A stretch of DNA of 64,000 nucleotides, from positions 480,001 through 544,000 of the forward strand of contig OY762492.1 of the NCBI GenBank assembly GCA_963665845.2, read 5' to 3'. Positions 20,378 to 29,345 of the stretch are shown one piece after another. Position 1 is the first letter of the stretch, and each line of letters starts with the position of its first letter. The translations under genes were made by a program, and so were the position numbers. The notes beneath the pieces were generated by a model, which saw nothing but the letters and a program-made list of their open reading frames with translations, was not told the origin of the DNA and did not search any database. The stretch comes from Candidatus Poribacteria bacterium. Lineage in GTDB: Bacteria; Poribacteria; WGA-4E; GCA-2687025.

Positions 20378-21835
20378 TTAGAACAACGTGCCTTCTATGC
20401 GTTCGCCTGTGTAGGGATTCGCCATGGGCGGCAGGATGCATGGCCGGTTGTCGAAGTAGTCGGCAATAGACCAAAGATTTATGCGTTTATAAGATTGGCC
20501 GCGGACGGTCACGGTTTCTTGCGCAGCGGCAAGCGATCGGGCATTGCGGGACTTGACGGGGTCCATGGTAATAAAGCATCCGACGGCCGCCTTGGAGTTG
20601 TTAACGACGCTGATAAAAGCGCGCAGACTATCGATGTTGAACCTGCCGCCCTTGACCTGCGCTAACGCCTGATCAGAGTCCCAATTCTCAGGTTTATCAT
20701 ACAGCGCGCCTCGGCCGTCTATGCCGCCGTCCGCAACCTGTTTTGTGTTCGGAACGAATCCAGGCAGGCGCATAATCGCCCATGACTCAAAATCAAACGG
20801 CTTTTCTTTCGCCAACTTTCGCGCGGAGGCTAAATCGGCAGGAATGCCCGCAGTCTCTATAGATTCGTCGTTCATACGCTTGCGGACAAGGTCGATGGCG
20901 AAAGAACTGATGTCAATGCCCGCCCAACGCCGATCTAGACGATCCGCCGCCAGTACCGCCGTGCCGCAACCGCAGAACGGATCCAAAACGACATCGCCTT
21001 CATTAGAGGACGCCTTGATAATCCGTCGAAGAAGATTCAGCGGTTTCTGCGTCGGATAGCCCATGGATTCTTCCAGAATAGGCGAGTTTGCAGCCATCGA
21101 CGGAATATCGTTCCATATATTTCCGATAAATCGACCTTCGTCAGCGTAATAAATGTAGGTTTTTTGCCCGCGTTTTTCTTTTCTATAACGGCGTCCGTCC
21201 TCGTCCTCATTTTTAAAATGCATGGACAAACTGGTCTCTGAATACGGCATTCTGCAGAGCGGATCCTTTATATTGAAAGTGTGTTTTTTGATAGTTTTTG
21301 CGTAACATAAAATGTTGTCGTTTTCATTTCCCCAGGAAGTCCGCGCTTTGACGCCGTTGCGTTTGTTCCAGATGATGTCTCCTAGAAAGTTGGGCTTGCC
21401 AAAGACGGCGTCCATGACGATCCGGAGGTAGTAACCTGCAGTTTGGTCGCAGTGCAGGTAGATGGAGCCGGTCGGTTTCAGGATGCGCCGCATCTGCTCT
21501 AGCCGCTCCGCCATGTAGGTCAGGTACGCTAGCATGCCGCTGTCGCCGAGCAGTCGGCGCAAGGCAACGATAGCATTATGAGCGCGGCGCGCATGCGCTT
21601 TTAAAAACTTTTGATACCGCTCCTGCGCTGTGTCGTCCCAATGCCAAGTGTCGTCAAAGGCGCGGTATTGCGCATCGCCGTTGCCCGCCGTTCCGAAGAG
21701 GACGCTGTAGTTCGCGTTGGAATTGAACGGCGGATCCAGGTAAATCAGGTCAACGCAATTTGCTTCCCACTGCCGCATCCAGTCTAAGCAGTCGCCGTAG
21801 TAGAGACTGTTGGGATTGAAGCCTTGCCCGCTCAT
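20378..21835 (-). CDS. N6/N4 DNA methyltransferase (beta order) fused to an Mrr-like PD-(D/E)xK domain
   Basis: YLDPPFNS, YPTQKP, VLDPFCGCGT, C-terminal DGGIDG...AQVKGG. Confidence 0.9.
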   Translation of the reverse strand: MSGQGFNPNSLYYGDCLDWMRQWEANCVDLIYLDPPFNSNANYSVLFGTAGNGDAQYRAFDDTWHWDDTAQERYQKFLKAHARRAHNAIVALRRLLGDSGMLAYLTYMAERLEQMRRILKPTGSIYLHCDQTAGYYLRIVMDAVFGKPNFLGDIIWNKRNGVKARTSWGNENDNILCYAKTIKKHTFNIKDPLCRMPYSETSLSMHFKNEDEDGRRYRKEKRGQKTYIYYADEGRFIGNIWNDIPSMAANSPILEESMGYPTQKPLNLLRRIIKASSNEGDVVLDPFCGCGTAVLAADRLDRRWAGIDISSFAIDLVRKRMNDESIETAGIPADLASARKLAKEKPFDFESWAIMRLPGFVPNTKQVADGGIDGRGALYDKPENWDSDQALAQVKGGRFNIDSLRAFISVVNNSKAAVGCFITMDPVKSRNARSLAAAQETVTVRGQSYKRINLWSIADYFDNRPCILPPMANPYTGERIEGTLF

Positions 21836-21984
21836 CGCGCGCCCTTCATGCGATTCCGACATTCCATTTCAGCGCGTCCATCAACGCGCTTGGAAAACTC
21901 TACCAAAACCTATCTGCGGACGCAACGCTAGCCCTTGCAAGGCAGTACGCTCATACGATGATGTTGATCGGAGACGCCATATGG

Positions 21985-22095
21985 ACGGCGTCTGCGACGC
22001 CTAAGATTCCCGTTTTCACGGGAATGACGGACCGGCGGCGCGGACGCTTTTAGGATTAAAAAACGACTATCATCGCATGGGCGTACTGCCGTCAA
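21985..22095. repeat. REP variant plus adjoining repeat module
   Basis: GATTCCCGTTTTCACGGGAATGAC at ~22005; 22025-22095 is a near reverse-complement of 7662-7730. Confidence 0.85.
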
Positions 22096-22169
22096 AGAAA
22101 CGGCGTTGCGCCATGCCTCCGCATCGGATACAATCCGTGCGGTTGAAATCGAAGATGTCAGGAGATGGT

Positions 22170-22865
22170 ATGCGGCTTCTTAATCTGGTTCTAGCGGCGG
22201 TTGCGGCGGCGGTATTGGCTGCTTTTGTCGTAATTTATTTTGTTGTTAGCGGCGGTTCGAACGATGCGTCTGAAAACGGGTTGGCGGAGGAGCAGCAAAC
22301 CCCGCGCGTTCAACCGCGCCAAACCGAGCCGTCCGCGGCGAATGAAACGGCCGACACGACGGAACAGGACAACGAGCCGATGCCGATACAGGTTGTCGAA
22401 GAAGAGGCGCCTGAAGATGTCGGCGAGGCGGTTGAACAGCTCGTTCAGCCTGAAGCGCCGCAGGCGGAGGCTTCCGACCCGTTCACTTCAGAGCTGCAGG
22501 CGGGCGTGGATGAGTTTCTGGAGTTCGGCGAGAACATAACAGAGAAGTTTCCAGACCTCCTGATTGCCCTGCAGGTCAGCGATTCGATTACGCAGGCGGC
22601 TGCGAAGCTGATGACGCTGGACATTGAATTGCGCGTTCAAAACTTGTCGCGCGCCGAGCGGCTGACGAAAATGAAAGCGCAGTTGTCCGAATCGATGCGG
22701 CAATTTGAGAACTATGATATTGACTGGGAGGAGCTGCGTCAAAATCCCGCTATGCAGGAGGAGATGCGCGACTTCGGAAACTATGTCCTTACGAACATGC
22801 CGACCAAGCTGTTCAGAATGATGGGGACGCAGTTCGATTACAGCAATTATATGCGGTCGAATTAG
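22170..22865 (+). CDS. Hypothetical single-pass membrane protein
   Basis: AGGAG RBS; N-terminal TM, acidic linker, helical domain. Confidence 0.7.
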   Translation: MRLLNLVLAAVAAAVLAAFVVIYFVVSGGSNDASENGLAEEQQTPRVQPRQTEPSAANETADTTEQDNEPMPIQVVEEEAPEDVGEAVEQLVQPEAPQAEASDPFTSELQAGVDEFLEFGENITEKFPDLLIALQVSDSITQAAAKLMTLDIELRVQNLSRAERLTKMKAQLSESMRQFENYDIDWEELRQNPAMQEEMRDFGNYVLTNMPTKLFRMMGTQFDYSNYMRSN

Positions 22866-22882
22866 TCGGCGGAGAGAGCGGC

Positions 22883-23371
22883 ATGAAGCGGTTGATCATA
22901 TGGGGCGGGTTGGCGGCGGCTCTGCTGGGGGGAGTCGTCTGGTATGTTTACAGCGGCCATAACTTCAAGCAGCGGTTTGACGCCGGGGTGGAGGAGCTAA
23001 TCCAGTACGGCAACGAGCTCAAATCCATGTATCCTTCCAACTCCGCCGCCGAGCATTTGAGCAAAATGTCGTCTACAATCGGCGAAGAGCTGAAGCGGTA
23101 TAAAGAGGAGATGGACCTAGAAAAGTTGACGCGCCGAGAGCGCATCGAGAAACTTAGAGACCGCTTTTGGGAAACTGCCGCGCCATTCGCGTTTGAAGCT
23201 GACAATCTGCCCAGCCATATAGCGAAGGATATTGAAGCAATCGACTGGAGCGGAATCAAGGCGCCGGAAAAGCTCTACAAAGTTCTCGGCATACCGATGG
23301 GCGCCGTAGACCCCGACCCGCCAAAAGAAAGTTTCATAGAGAAGGCGCTGGAGATGTTCGGCATTGATTGA
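22883..23371 (+). CDS. Hypothetical single-pass membrane protein, distant paralog of the upstream gene
   Basis: N-terminal TM; shares AGVxE.....G.....P and L(S/T)RxER motifs with 22170..22865. Confidence 0.7.
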   Translation: MKRLIIWGGLAAALLGGVVWYVYSGHNFKQRFDAGVEELIQYGNELKSMYPSNSAAEHLSKMSSTIGEELKRYKEEMDLEKLTRRERIEKLRDRFWETAAPFAFEADNLPSHIAKDIEAIDWSGIKAPEKLYKVLGIPMGAVDPDPPKESFIEKALEMFGID

Positions 23372-23444
23372 AGGCGGCGCGCCCTCATCTCCCCGCAAAG
23401 GCCCCGCAGAGCCCCGCAGGTTGAAGAGGGCGCCGAAACCGTCT

Positions 23445-24170
23445 TTATTCGTCGTATCCGCGCAGCTCCCGTATCCAGATGTTGCGGAAACGCACAGGGT
23501 CGCCATGGTCTTGCAGTCGAAGCGGACCTTCGGCGGGGTGCGGGTTGTTGTAGTTGGCTAAGTTGCGGTGTCCAGTCGGTCCATGCGCCGCGGCATGGTT
23601 TTGCACAAGGACGCCGTTGAACAGAACGGTGATGTTCGCCGGACGGACAAGATTCTCGCCGTCCCAGCGCGGTCCGGTGAAGACGATGTCGTAGGTCTGC
23701 CACTCGCCGGGCTTGCGGTTGGCGTTCACGAGCGGCGGGTACTGCCCGTAAATGGCGCCTGTTGTGCCGTCGGCGTAGGTCGGGTTGTCGTACCCGTCCA
23801 GCACCTGCACTTCGTATCGTCCGCCGAGGAAGACGCCGCTGTTGCCGCGCCCTTGGCTGTCGCCTTTCACTTCCGCCGGGCATGCGAATTCCAGATGGAG
23901 CTGGATGTCGCCGAACTGATCGCGCGTTTGGATGTCGCCTGTTCCGCGCACGACCTCCATATACCCGTTTTCGACCTTCCATTGCGCGTCGCCGCCGCGC
24001 CCCTGCCATTTGGACAGATCGCTTCCGTCGAACAGAACGACCGCGTCGGAGGGCGGGTCGGCGGCGGTCGCGCCGGGGGTCACGACGCGCGGCTGCGGGC
24101 GCTCGCCGTCATGCACCTTCCAGTCGCTTTCGGGAAGTTCGGGCGTGTCGCTGTATCCTACATTCGCCAT
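23445..24170 (-). CDS. DUF1080 (3-keto-disaccharide hydrolase-like) protein
   Basis: LFDGSDLSKW, GRGNSGVFL, YEVQVLD, GEWQTYDI, LQDHGDPVRFRNIWIREL; AGGAG RBS. Confidence 0.9.
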   Translation of the reverse strand: MANVGYSDTPELPESDWKVHDGERPQPRVVTPGATAADPPSDAVVLFDGSDLSKWQGRGGDAQWKVENGYMEVVRGTGDIQTRDQFGDIQLHLEFACPAEVKGDSQGRGNSGVFLGGRYEVQVLDGYDNPTYADGTTGAIYGQYPPLVNANRKPGEWQTYDIVFTGPRWDGENLVRPANITVLFNGVLVQNHAAAHGPTGHRNLANYNNPHPAEGPLRLQDHGDPVRFRNIWIRELRGYDE

Positions 24171-24248
24171 GTTTTTCTCCTGAATGGCTCTCGATTGAAC
24201 GCTGCCCATGATACACTTTATTTCGTTCATGACAAGCATGGGAAAACA

Positions 24249-25487
24249 ATGAGCGGACAAAGCCTTTACATCACGCATGAGATACCCGGCGCCGGCGGGC
24301 AGATCAAACAGACGGCGGACGATTTTTTGGTTGAAGAGATACCGCTTTATGAGCCGAGAGGCGAAGGCGTCCATACCTATCTGGACATTCAAAAGCGCGG
24401 CATCCCCACCACCGAGGCGGCGGTCCGCCTTGGACAGTATTTCGGCGTCAACCCGCGCGACATCGGCTACGCCGGCATGAAAGACTCCCAGGCGGTGGCG
24501 ACGCAGCGGTTCTCCATCGAACGCCTGCCGATTGAAGACGCGCTGAACGCCCGCATCAAGAGCGTTGAGATACTGAACGCGCGGCTTCACACGAACAAAC
24601 TGCGCATCGGACATCTCGCCGGCAACCGATTCACAATACGCCTTCGAGGCGCCGAGCCGCATGCGCTGGAGTCGGCGCGGCAGGTTCTGGAACGGCTTTC
24701 ACTGACGGGATGCCCAAACTTTTACGGCATGCAGCGGTTTAGCAATCGGCGCAACGGACACCTGATGGGGCGCGCCATGCTGCATGAAAACTGGCAGGAG
24801 GCGCTGGACGAATACCTCGGACGCCCGCGCCCCGACGAGCAGCCGCGGATCGTGGACGCGCGGACAGCGTATGAAAACGGCGACTACGACGCGGCGCGCA
24901 AGCTGTTTCCCTTGCCGGACCGCCGAAACGAACGGCGCGTTCTCGGCGGGCTGCTGCGCCGATTGACGCCTCAACATGCGCTGCGTCAAATACCTCTCCG
25001 CATACGGCGCCTCTTTGTCTCGGCGTACCAGTCATGGCTGTTCAACCGCGTCTTGAACATGCGCATGCCGAACCTTGCAACGCTGCTGGACGGCGACATC
25101 GCCTATAAGCATCAGGGCGGAGCATGCTTCCACGCCGCGGACGCCGAGACGGAGCAGCCCCGCGCCGACCGCTTCGAAATCAGCCCGACGGGACCGCTCT
25201 TCGGCGTCAAGATGCTTCAGCCGACGGGAGAGCCGAGGCGCATGGAAGACCGCGTCTTGCAGGAGGAGCGCGTTGAGCCGAACGCGATGCCGGCGGCGTT
25301 TGCGGCGGTGAACGGCGCGAGGCGCCCGCTGCGCGCGCCCGTCATGGAGGCAAGCGCATGGCAGGAGGAGGAGGCGGTCGTCTGCGCCTTTAGACTGCCG
25401 AGCGGCTGCTACGCGACGATCGTCATGGAGGAGATCATGAAGCGCGGAACGCTTGACCTGTTTGAAAAAGATGTCGGAAAAGGTTAA
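24249..25487 (+). CDS. truD: tRNA pseudouridine(13) synthase
   Basis: DFLVEEIP, YAGMKDSQAVATQRFS, GHLAGNRFTIRLR, NFYGMQRF, SAYQSWLFN, FRLPSGCYAT. Confidence 0.95.
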   Translation: MSGQSLYITHEIPGAGGQIKQTADDFLVEEIPLYEPRGEGVHTYLDIQKRGIPTTEAAVRLGQYFGVNPRDIGYAGMKDSQAVATQRFSIERLPIEDALNARIKSVEILNARLHTNKLRIGHLAGNRFTIRLRGAEPHALESARQVLERLSLTGCPNFYGMQRFSNRRNGHLMGRAMLHENWQEALDEYLGRPRPDEQPRIVDARTAYENGDYDAARKLFPLPDRRNERRVLGGLLRRLTPQHALRQIPLRIRRLFVSAYQSWLFNRVLNMRMPNLATLLDGDIAYKHQGGACFHAADAETEQPRADRFEISPTGPLFGVKMLQPTGEPRRMEDRVLQEERVEPNAMPAAFAAVNGARRPLRAPVMEASAWQEEEAVVCAFRLPSGCYATIVMEEIMKRGTLDLFEKDVGKG

Positions 25488-25534
25488 ACTGCGCAGACGC
25501 GGCGCAAGAATTTAAACAAAAAACGGAGCGGATC

Positions 25535-26617
25535 ATGTCCGACAAAATATGGCGCATCGCCGGAATCAACTTTGACCATATGCATATGGGCGACAATCTG
25601 CGGATGGCGTTTGAACATCCGCGCGTGGAGATCGCCGCCATTTGCGACGAACAGCCTGAACGGATGGAATCGGCGGTACGGAACTTCAACCTGAACGAGA
25701 ATCAGGTCTTCACCGACTACCGCGAATGCATCGAGAAAACGGAGCCGGAGATCGTGATCCTTTGTCCGGCGACGGCTCATCATGGCGAGTGGACGGAGCG
25801 GGTCGCCCCTTACGGCGTTCATATTCTGATGGAAAAGCCGTTTGCCGCGTCGCTTGCCGAGGCGGACCGCATGACCGCGGCGATGGAGCCGACCGGCAAA
25901 ACGCTCGCTATCAACTGGCCCCTGCGCTGGTATCCGCCGCATGTGACGGCGAAGCGGCTTGTGGACGAGGGCGTTCTGGGACAGGTCGAAGAGGTTCACT
26001 ATTACGACGGCAACCGCGGCCCGCTCTACCATGTGGCGGACAAGATCGAGACGGACGAGCAGTTTCGGACGGAGCAGAAATCGAAGAGCTGGTTTTATCA
26101 GAAAGCGGCGGGGGGCGGTTCGCTGCTGGATTACCTCGGCTACGGCGCGACGCTCGGAACCTGGTATCTGAACGGCGCCGCGCCGCTGGAGGCGACCGCC
26201 GTTGTCGACGAGCCTGAAGGGCTGGAGGTGGACGAGCATAGCGTCGTCGTGTGCCGATACGCCTTCGGCTTGTCGAAGTTTGAAACGCGCTGGGGTACCT
26301 TCACCGACCCGTGGACGCATCAGCCGCAGCCGAAATGCGGGTTTGTCCTGAAAGGGACGGAAGGCACGATCAGCAATTACGACTACGAAACGACGGTTCG
26401 GCTGCAGACGCGCGAGAATCCAGAGGGGGTCGTATTGGCGGCGGACGACCTTCAGCCCCCGCATCAGGACCCTGTACAGTACCTGATCCATTGCCTGGAG
26501 GAGGGGCTGGAGGTGGACGGTCCGCTGTCGCCGGCGATCTGCCGCATCGGTCAGCAGATTGTCGACACGGCTGTTCAAAGCGCCGAGCAGAAACGAACGC
26601 TGCCGCTCATTTCATAA
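25535..26617 (+). CDS. Gfo/Idh/MocA family oxidoreductase
   Basis: MEKPFA, GGGSLLDYLGY. Confidence 0.88.
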   Translation: MSDKIWRIAGINFDHMHMGDNLRMAFEHPRVEIAAICDEQPERMESAVRNFNLNENQVFTDYRECIEKTEPEIVILCPATAHHGEWTERVAPYGVHILMEKPFAASLAEADRMTAAMEPTGKTLAINWPLRWYPPHVTAKRLVDEGVLGQVEEVHYYDGNRGPLYHVADKIETDEQFRTEQKSKSWFYQKAAGGGSLLDYLGYGATLGTWYLNGAAPLEATAVVDEPEGLEVDEHSVVVCRYAFGLSKFETRWGTFTDPWTHQPQPKCGFVLKGTEGTISNYDYETTVRLQTRENPEGVVLAADDLQPPHQDPVQYLIHCLEEGLEVDGPLSPAICRIGQQIVDTAVQSAEQKRTLPLIS

Positions 26618-26643
26618 AGCGTCATAGCGCGCCGTAACGCGGT

Positions 26644-27063
26644 CTAAACGCCTTCGCGTTTGATCGGGCTGCCGAAGCAGATGTGGTACCCGTCTGGGTC
26701 TTTGACGACGAATTCGCGCATATCGTAGAAGGTGTTGTCCAGGTCTCTGGAGACGTCGGCTCCGTTCGCCCTGACTTCGGCGGCGAGCGCGTCCGCGTCG
26801 TCCACCCAGATGTAGGCGTCCCAGTCGTCGCCGTGTCCGGTCGCTTCTCCGTTGGTGTTGACGTCCGCTTCGTCTCCCTCGTGCGCATGATGCACCAGCA
26901 TGACGCCGCTCACGCCGCGCCGCACAATGCAGAACGAAGGCGGGTCGCCTCCCCAGTACCGTTCAAACGAAAAGCCGAGGGAGTCGCGGTAGTACTCCGC
27001 CGAGCGGCGCACATCGCTCACCAGAAAAACAGCCGCCATGCCCTCCACATTTGCCTCATGCAT
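26644..27063 (-). CDS. VOC/glyoxalase/bleomycin-resistance family protein
   Basis: VSDVRRSAEYYRDSLGF, MREFVVKDPDGYHICFG. Confidence 0.9.
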   Translation of the reverse strand: MHEANVEGMAAVFLVSDVRRSAEYYRDSLGFSFERYWGGDPPSFCIVRRGVSGVMLVHHAHEGDEADVNTNGEATGHGDDWDAYIWVDDADALAAEVRANGADVSRDLDNTFYDMREFVVKDPDGYHICFGSPIKREGV

Positions 27064-27148
27064 CTTTTTCTCCCGTTCATGTATGGTCGCTACTCTAACG
27101 TATAGACGAAGATTTGCCGTTTCACGTTCCGCTCATTCCATGACGCGC

Positions 27149-27565
27149 TCATTCATGCGCGTTCAACGGGCTGCCGAAGCAGATACGGTACCCGTCAGGG
27201 TCTTTCACGGAAAATTCGCGCATATTGTAGAAGGTGGTGTGCAGGTCTCTGGAGACGACAGCGCCGTTCGCTTTCACTTCGGCGGCGAGCGCATCCGCGT
27301 CGCTCACCCAGATGTAGGCGTCGCTGTCGTCGCGGTGTCCGGTCGTTTCTCCGTTGACGCTGACGTACGCTCCGCCTCCGCCGCGCGCGCGGCGCATGAG
27401 CATGACGCCGCTCATCCCGCGCCGCACAATGCAGAGCGAAGGCGGGTCGCCGCCCCAATACTGTTCAAACGAAAAGCCGAGGGAGTCGCGGTAGTACTCC
27501 GCCGAACGGCGCACATCGCTCACCAAAAAGACAGCCGCCATGCGCTCAACGTTCACTTCCAACAT
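27149..27565 (-). CDS. VOC/glyoxalase family protein (tandem paralog)
   Basis: Near-identical to 26644..27063. Confidence 0.9.
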   Translation of the reverse strand: MLEVNVERMAAVFLVSDVRRSAEYYRDSLGFSFEQYWGGDPPSLCIVRRGMSGVMLMRRARGGGGAYVSVNGETTGHRDDSDAYIWVSDADALAAEVKANGAVVSRDLHTTFYNMREFSVKDPDGYRICFGSPLNAHE

Positions 27566-27623
27566 GCCATGCCTCCCGTTTCAACGTACAATCTATCATA
27601 CACCATAAACGGGGAATTTTGCC

Positions 27624-28100
27624 ATGACCGCTTTGCTTGCCGCGCTCATCATCGCCGCCAATCCGACGCTTGAAACCGACAAAGACGCCTACAAGCTGGG
27701 CGAACCTGTCGTGTTCACCTTGACGAACCTATCGAACGACAACCTCTCATGGAGCTCCATCAGCAATTATCCGACCGTCTGGCGCGTCTTGGCGAACGGA
27801 AAAGAGGAGCTTGCGCGCGAGCTGCCTCTCGTTGTCCTGCTGGCGATCGGAGTTCTGCCTCCCGACGAATCGAAAGAATGGGAATGGGATCAGCGCGTCT
27901 ATCTACAGAAACATGAGGAAGCGCCCGACCCTGAAGCGCTGCGCGTTCAAACCGAATCGGGCAAATACGTTGCCCGTTTTAAAACCTTTGAACATGGAAC
28001 CATCTCGGCGGAGACCTTCCGCATCACCGACGAGCCGATGGATGTCGATCCAAAAGAGAAGATGGCAACCGCATGGGCGAAACTCAAAACGGGCAGATAA
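27624..28100 (+). CDS. Exported Ig-like (BsuPI-like) domain protein with C-terminal VDPxxK...WAxLK motif
   Basis: TDKDAYKLGEPVVFTLTN, WEWDQ, GKYVA; ends VDPKEKMATAWAKLKTGR. Confidence 0.7.
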   Translation: MTALLAALIIAANPTLETDKDAYKLGEPVVFTLTNLSNDNLSWSSISNYPTVWRVLANGKEELARELPLVVLLAIGVLPPDESKEWEWDQRVYLQKHEEAPDPEALRVQTESGKYVARFKTFEHGTISAETFRITDEPMDVDPKEKMATAWAKLKTGR

Positions 28101-28112
28101 AGGAAAACGAAC

Positions 28113-29144
28113 ATGCCTTGGGAACTGATTGCGACAGCGCCGCGGACGCCGCAACTGCGCGAGTATGAAGAACTGCCGCTTCAACCGAACGAGGTACGGG
28201 TGAAAAGCCTGCTCTCCGCGCCGAAGCACGGGACGGAGCTGCGCGCCTACCGCGCCGACACGCTGGACGACTCGGCGCCGTTCGACGGAACGATGCGGCT
28301 TCACACTGGCAAGCCGCGCCCGCCCCGCTTTCCGATGCGGCTGGGCAACATGGCGGTCGGAGAGGTCATAGAGACAGGGGCGGAGGCGCGCCGCTTCCAG
28401 GTCGGCGACATCGTCTTCGCCCATCTGCCGATACGCGAGACTCATACGGTCCATGAAAATCGGCTGAAACGGCTGCCGGACGGAATGCCGTATGAGGCGG
28501 CGCTGTTTGCCGATCCTGCCGGCGTCGCGCTCGGCGCCGTCCGGGAGAGCAAATTGCGCGTCGGCGACAGGGCGCTCGTTCTAGGGCTGGGCGCCATCGG
28601 ACAGATGGCGGCGCAAATCGCCCGTCTACAGGGCGCGCGTACCGTCTGGGCGAGCGATCCGATACCGGCGCGGCGCGAGCGAGCCGTCCAACTCGGCGTG
28701 GACGAGGCGTTCGACCCGCTTGAAACCGATGTCGGCATAGCGGTCAAAAACGCGACTGGGAATGTCGGCGCGGACGCATGCCTTGAAACGAGCGGAAGTT
28801 ACGCCGCCTTGAACGACGCGATACGCGCGGCGGGATACGGCGCAACGGTCGTCTCCTCCGCCTATTATATCGGCGACGCCTCCGCGCTCGCATTGGAAGG
28901 CGAATGGCACCGCAACCGCCTCAACATCGTTTCAAGCCGCGACCGAAGCGAGCCGATGCGCGATCACCCGCTCTGGAACCCAAGGCGCATTGACGACACG
29001 GCGTTTCATCTTTTGGAAAGCGGACAGCTGAAGGCGGACGGGCTGCTCCATCCGATCGTGTCGATGGAGGAATCGGCGGAGGCGTACCGCCAGATCGACG
29101 ACGAGCCTTGGAAGAGCGTTAAGATGGGCGTCCGGCATACTTGA
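28113..29144 (+). CDS. Zinc-type alcohol dehydrogenase-like (MDR superfamily) protein
   Basis: GroES-like N-domain (HGTE, LGNMAVGEV), Rossmann GLGAIG. Confidence 0.85.
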   Translation: MPWELIATAPRTPQLREYEELPLQPNEVRVKSLLSAPKHGTELRAYRADTLDDSAPFDGTMRLHTGKPRPPRFPMRLGNMAVGEVIETGAEARRFQVGDIVFAHLPIRETHTVHENRLKRLPDGMPYEAALFADPAGVALGAVRESKLRVGDRALVLGLGAIGQMAAQIARLQGARTVWASDPIPARRERAVQLGVDEAFDPLETDVGIAVKNATGNVGADACLETSGSYAALNDAIRAAGYGATVVSSAYYIGDASALALEGEWHRNRLNIVSSRDRSEPMRDHPLWNPRRIDDTAFHLLESGQLKADGLLHPIVSMEESAEAYRQIDDEPWKSVKMGVRHT

Positions 29145-29146
29145 GC

Positions 29147-29275
29147 CTGACCTCAACCGGGCCGTCCCCCGCTTCCGCGAGGGCATGCATTCCCGCGCAA
29201 GCGGGAATCCAGAGTTCACCCCGAAACCGTCCGCGTTCGCCAGCCGCCATGTCCCAACTAAAGACGTAAGGTCAG
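29147..29275. mobile_element. Internally deleted copy of the REP-bearing MITE
   Basis: Begins CTGACCT, ends ATGTCCCAACTAAAGACGTAAGGTCAG; central ATTCCCGCGCAAGCGGGAAT. Confidence 0.7.
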
Positions 29276-29285
29276 AGTGAGCGTC

Positions 29286-29314
29286 TTGACAGCCGCCGCT
29301 AAATGAACGACAAT
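29286..29314 (+). promoter_or_regulatory. Putative sigma70 promoter
   Basis: TTGACA-17 bp-GACAAT upstream of 29346. Confidence 0.5.
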
Positions 29315-29345
29315 TGAGTCAACCGAAAAGCGGACCCATGAACGT

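Noticed and set aside
23568-24248. Long N-terminal extensions on truD and on the DUF1080 gene (overlapping ORFs)
   Set aside because: Each extension is the antisense of the other gene; family homology starts at 24249 and 24170
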